Part shown: piece after piece, positions 61,741 through 64,000 of the stretch
How the letters are laid out: every line of letters starts with the position of its first letter
Position numbering within the stretch: position 1 is the first letter of the stretch
Assembly (NCBI RefSeq): GCF_020745735.1
Contig: NC_083448.1
Coordinates: forward strand, 14,072,006 to 14,136,005
Reading direction: 5' to 3'
From: Hemiscyllium ocellatum
Taxonomy: Eukaryota
Length of the DNA: 64,000 bases
Program-made: the position numbers and the translations under genes
Notes under the pieces: generated by a model
Seen by the model: the letters and a program-made list of their open reading frames with translations, nothing else
Told to the model about the DNA's origin: nothing
The model's database searches: none

Positions 61741-62979
61741 ATGTTGATATAACATTTCAATAAGTGCAAATCCCATTTAATATTAACAGATTAATTCTTC
61801 TGTTAAAACAATAGAAATGGTGATGTATAAATGTGTAAAATATTAACACCCTTATGCTGCCAGCAGTAGTTTCTGCACTTTGTTTTTGTAATCAATTCTG
61901 AATCATAAAAGGAAATCCTTATACCTACCATTCCAACAACTCTTGTTATCAGATAATGATTGTTCAGGATTCCTTAGCTTTGTATTTGTCACACTTGGCT
62001 TCGGAATCAGATGTACTTTGAATTTCACAAGCAAAGAAGTGGTCTTTTGAAATTTATAGCTTGACATTTGTGCTGCCTGAAACGAGGAGTGCTGTTTACT
62101 CCAGTGTGCCCACGTGTGTGGGTAAATATGCTGATGAGGTCTAAGAATAACCACTTGCTTTATTTATGAGCAAGTGCCTGATGGAGAGGCTTCTGCAGTG
62201 GGTGTCAGTGTTGGCAAGTGAAGTTAACATGCCTGACTTAATGCAGGCTGAGCAAATTTCCAGCTCCTAATTACAACTTACGGAGACCTGTTCCAGGAAC
62301 TGTCATAACATTTACCTTTCTACATTCGAGCCTCACGCATTATTTAACGTGAAAGTTCACAAAAGTGTGCAAATACGTGTGTTGATGCACACTCATGCTC
62401 TCGACCTTGGGAAGGCACGCAGAAACAAATTCCAGAACATCTTTCTGAGGAGTGGTTCCATCGTTACTGAGGAGAGAAGACAGGTTGTAGGGCTATTTAG
62501 ATTGGATTAGATATGGGATTGGGATAATGGAATAGATCTTTCAAGTCGGCAGCACAGGACTGATGGTCCAAGCACCTTCATTCTATGCTGTATATTAGTC
62601 TGTGAAAGAATTGGATTCTATTTTTGGAAGAACCTAACCTAACAGTATATCATATCTGTACCAATGTTCCGACTTGTCATTATTAAATGTGCAGGAGAGG
62701 AGAATTGAGCCAGTGTTCCTGATTCCCAATCCTGCCCCTGACCAGTATGCATAGAGTCCTTTTCAAAGTCCCGTTGTGGTTGTGGGAGTGATGATGCAGT
62801 GAAGCTTGGTTGTAATAGTATATGAAGGAGGAAATGAGGAAGGGATGGTCACATTTGCAGGATCACATGAAGAGTGCCAAAAACTCTGTAACCCTGAGAT
62901 GCTGACAGCTTTGACCTTTGATTGTTCCTGCGCAGTTCCAATTCTGGCCTGTGGTATGTCTCCAATCTTCATTCCTGCA

Positions 62980-63730
62980 GAACACTGGATTTCCCTCCCG
63001 ATCTCCTTCTCTGAAGGAAGGACTTCCTGGCTGTGGGGGACGTGCAACAGAGGTTCCCGGGATGGCAGGACTGATGTACAAAGGCAGACTGGATTGGCTC
63101 GGACTGCATTCACTGGAGCTTGTAAGAATGAGGGGAGATCTCATAGAAACCTATAAAATTCTAACAGGACTACACTGGGTAAATGCAGTAAGGATGTTCC
63201 TGATGACGGGAAGTCTAGGACCAAGGGGCCAGAGTCTCAGGTAAAACAAAGAACTGTGAACACTGGGGATCTGAAACAAAAACAAGGTATAGCTGGCAAA
63301 ACTCAGCAGGTCTGGCAGCATCTATGGTGAGAAAGCGGAGTTAACATTTTGAGTCCGATGACTTAATGTTCAGATGAAGAGTCACCGGATTCAAAATGTA
63401 AACTCTGCTTTCTCCCCACAGATTCGGCCAGACCTGCTGAGTTTTGCCTGCTATTACTTGTTTTTGTCATAGTCCAAAGATACTTGAAAAACCACTTAGG
63501 ACTAACAATGAGCAACTTCTTCACCAATGGTGAGCAGTGGAATCTTCTGCCTGAGAAAGCATTTGAGGCTGGAACATTGACTGTTTTCAAAAAGGGTTTT
63601 GGAGTTGCTCTTAGAGCTTATGGAGGCAAAGTGTGGCTAGGATATAAAGTTGGATGATCAGCCAAGATCATATGGAATGACGGAATAACCAAAAAGGACC
63701 TCTATCTGTTTTGATTTTCTTTGTTTCTTA
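62980..63730 (+). mobile_element. CR1 3' fragment split by a PLE
   Basis: RLDWLGLHSLELVRMRGDLIETYKIL. Resumes at about 63495. Confidence 0.8.
63245..63470. mobile_element. Palindromic PLE mini-element
   Basis: Arms at about 63274-63363 and 63381-63467 meet at a decayed HHR (cagatgaagagtcaccggattcaaaat). Confidence 0.75.
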
Positions 63731-64000
63731 TCCTTCACCTCGATGCCTCACTGCTTTCCTTGAAGATGTTTCTGAAAGTCAGCCTGTTTGGGTCAAATGT
63801 CTTGATGTCTCCCTTATGTGGCTATGTGTTTCACAGCTACAATCCTCTGAAATGGCTTAGGTTGTTTATCTGAAGTAAGGGGTTAACTTTATCTCACAGC
63901 GTAGCTACTGAACGTGGAACATGTCGTGATGACGTCAGATCATGTGAAACTGGGACCTGAATTTGAAAACCTCCAAGTGGTGACCTCCTTTGCCACTAAT

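Noticed and set aside
62131-62155. ctgatgaggtctaagaataacc
   Set aside because: No GAAA after a closable stem II, so not a hammerhead
1-64000. Host-gene strand inferred from the plus-strand excess of CR1 fragments and apparent T-richness
   Set aside because: The two signals point in opposite directions and cannot be quantified without computation

Overview
Eukaryotic, CpG-poor, repeat-dominated DNA from a cartilaginous fish. The HE1-type SINEs, HER1/CR1 LINEs and Deu-domain SINEs point to a shark, probably a carpet or bamboo shark. No host protein-coding exon could be identified, so the window is probably a large intron or intergenic. It is a nested mosaic of CR1, L2, RTE and Rex1/Babar LINE fragments, several SINE families, solo-LTR-like elements, one Tc1/pogo-type MITE and about 20 Penelope-like element (PLE) remnants from at least two clades. 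The most interesting signal is a population of 140-430 bp PLE-derived mini-elements. They carry minimal hammerhead ribozyme (HHR) motifs (CUGANGA-stem II-GAAAC-GUC/GUU), are usually fold-back palindromes flanked by 9-17 bp target-site duplications (TSDs), and their truncation or inversion points cluster at the ribozyme. In two cases they appear to have captured a short copy of DNA lying 650-750 bp away. Family names come from motif recognition by eye, and repeat boundaries are approximate unless a TSD is quoted.
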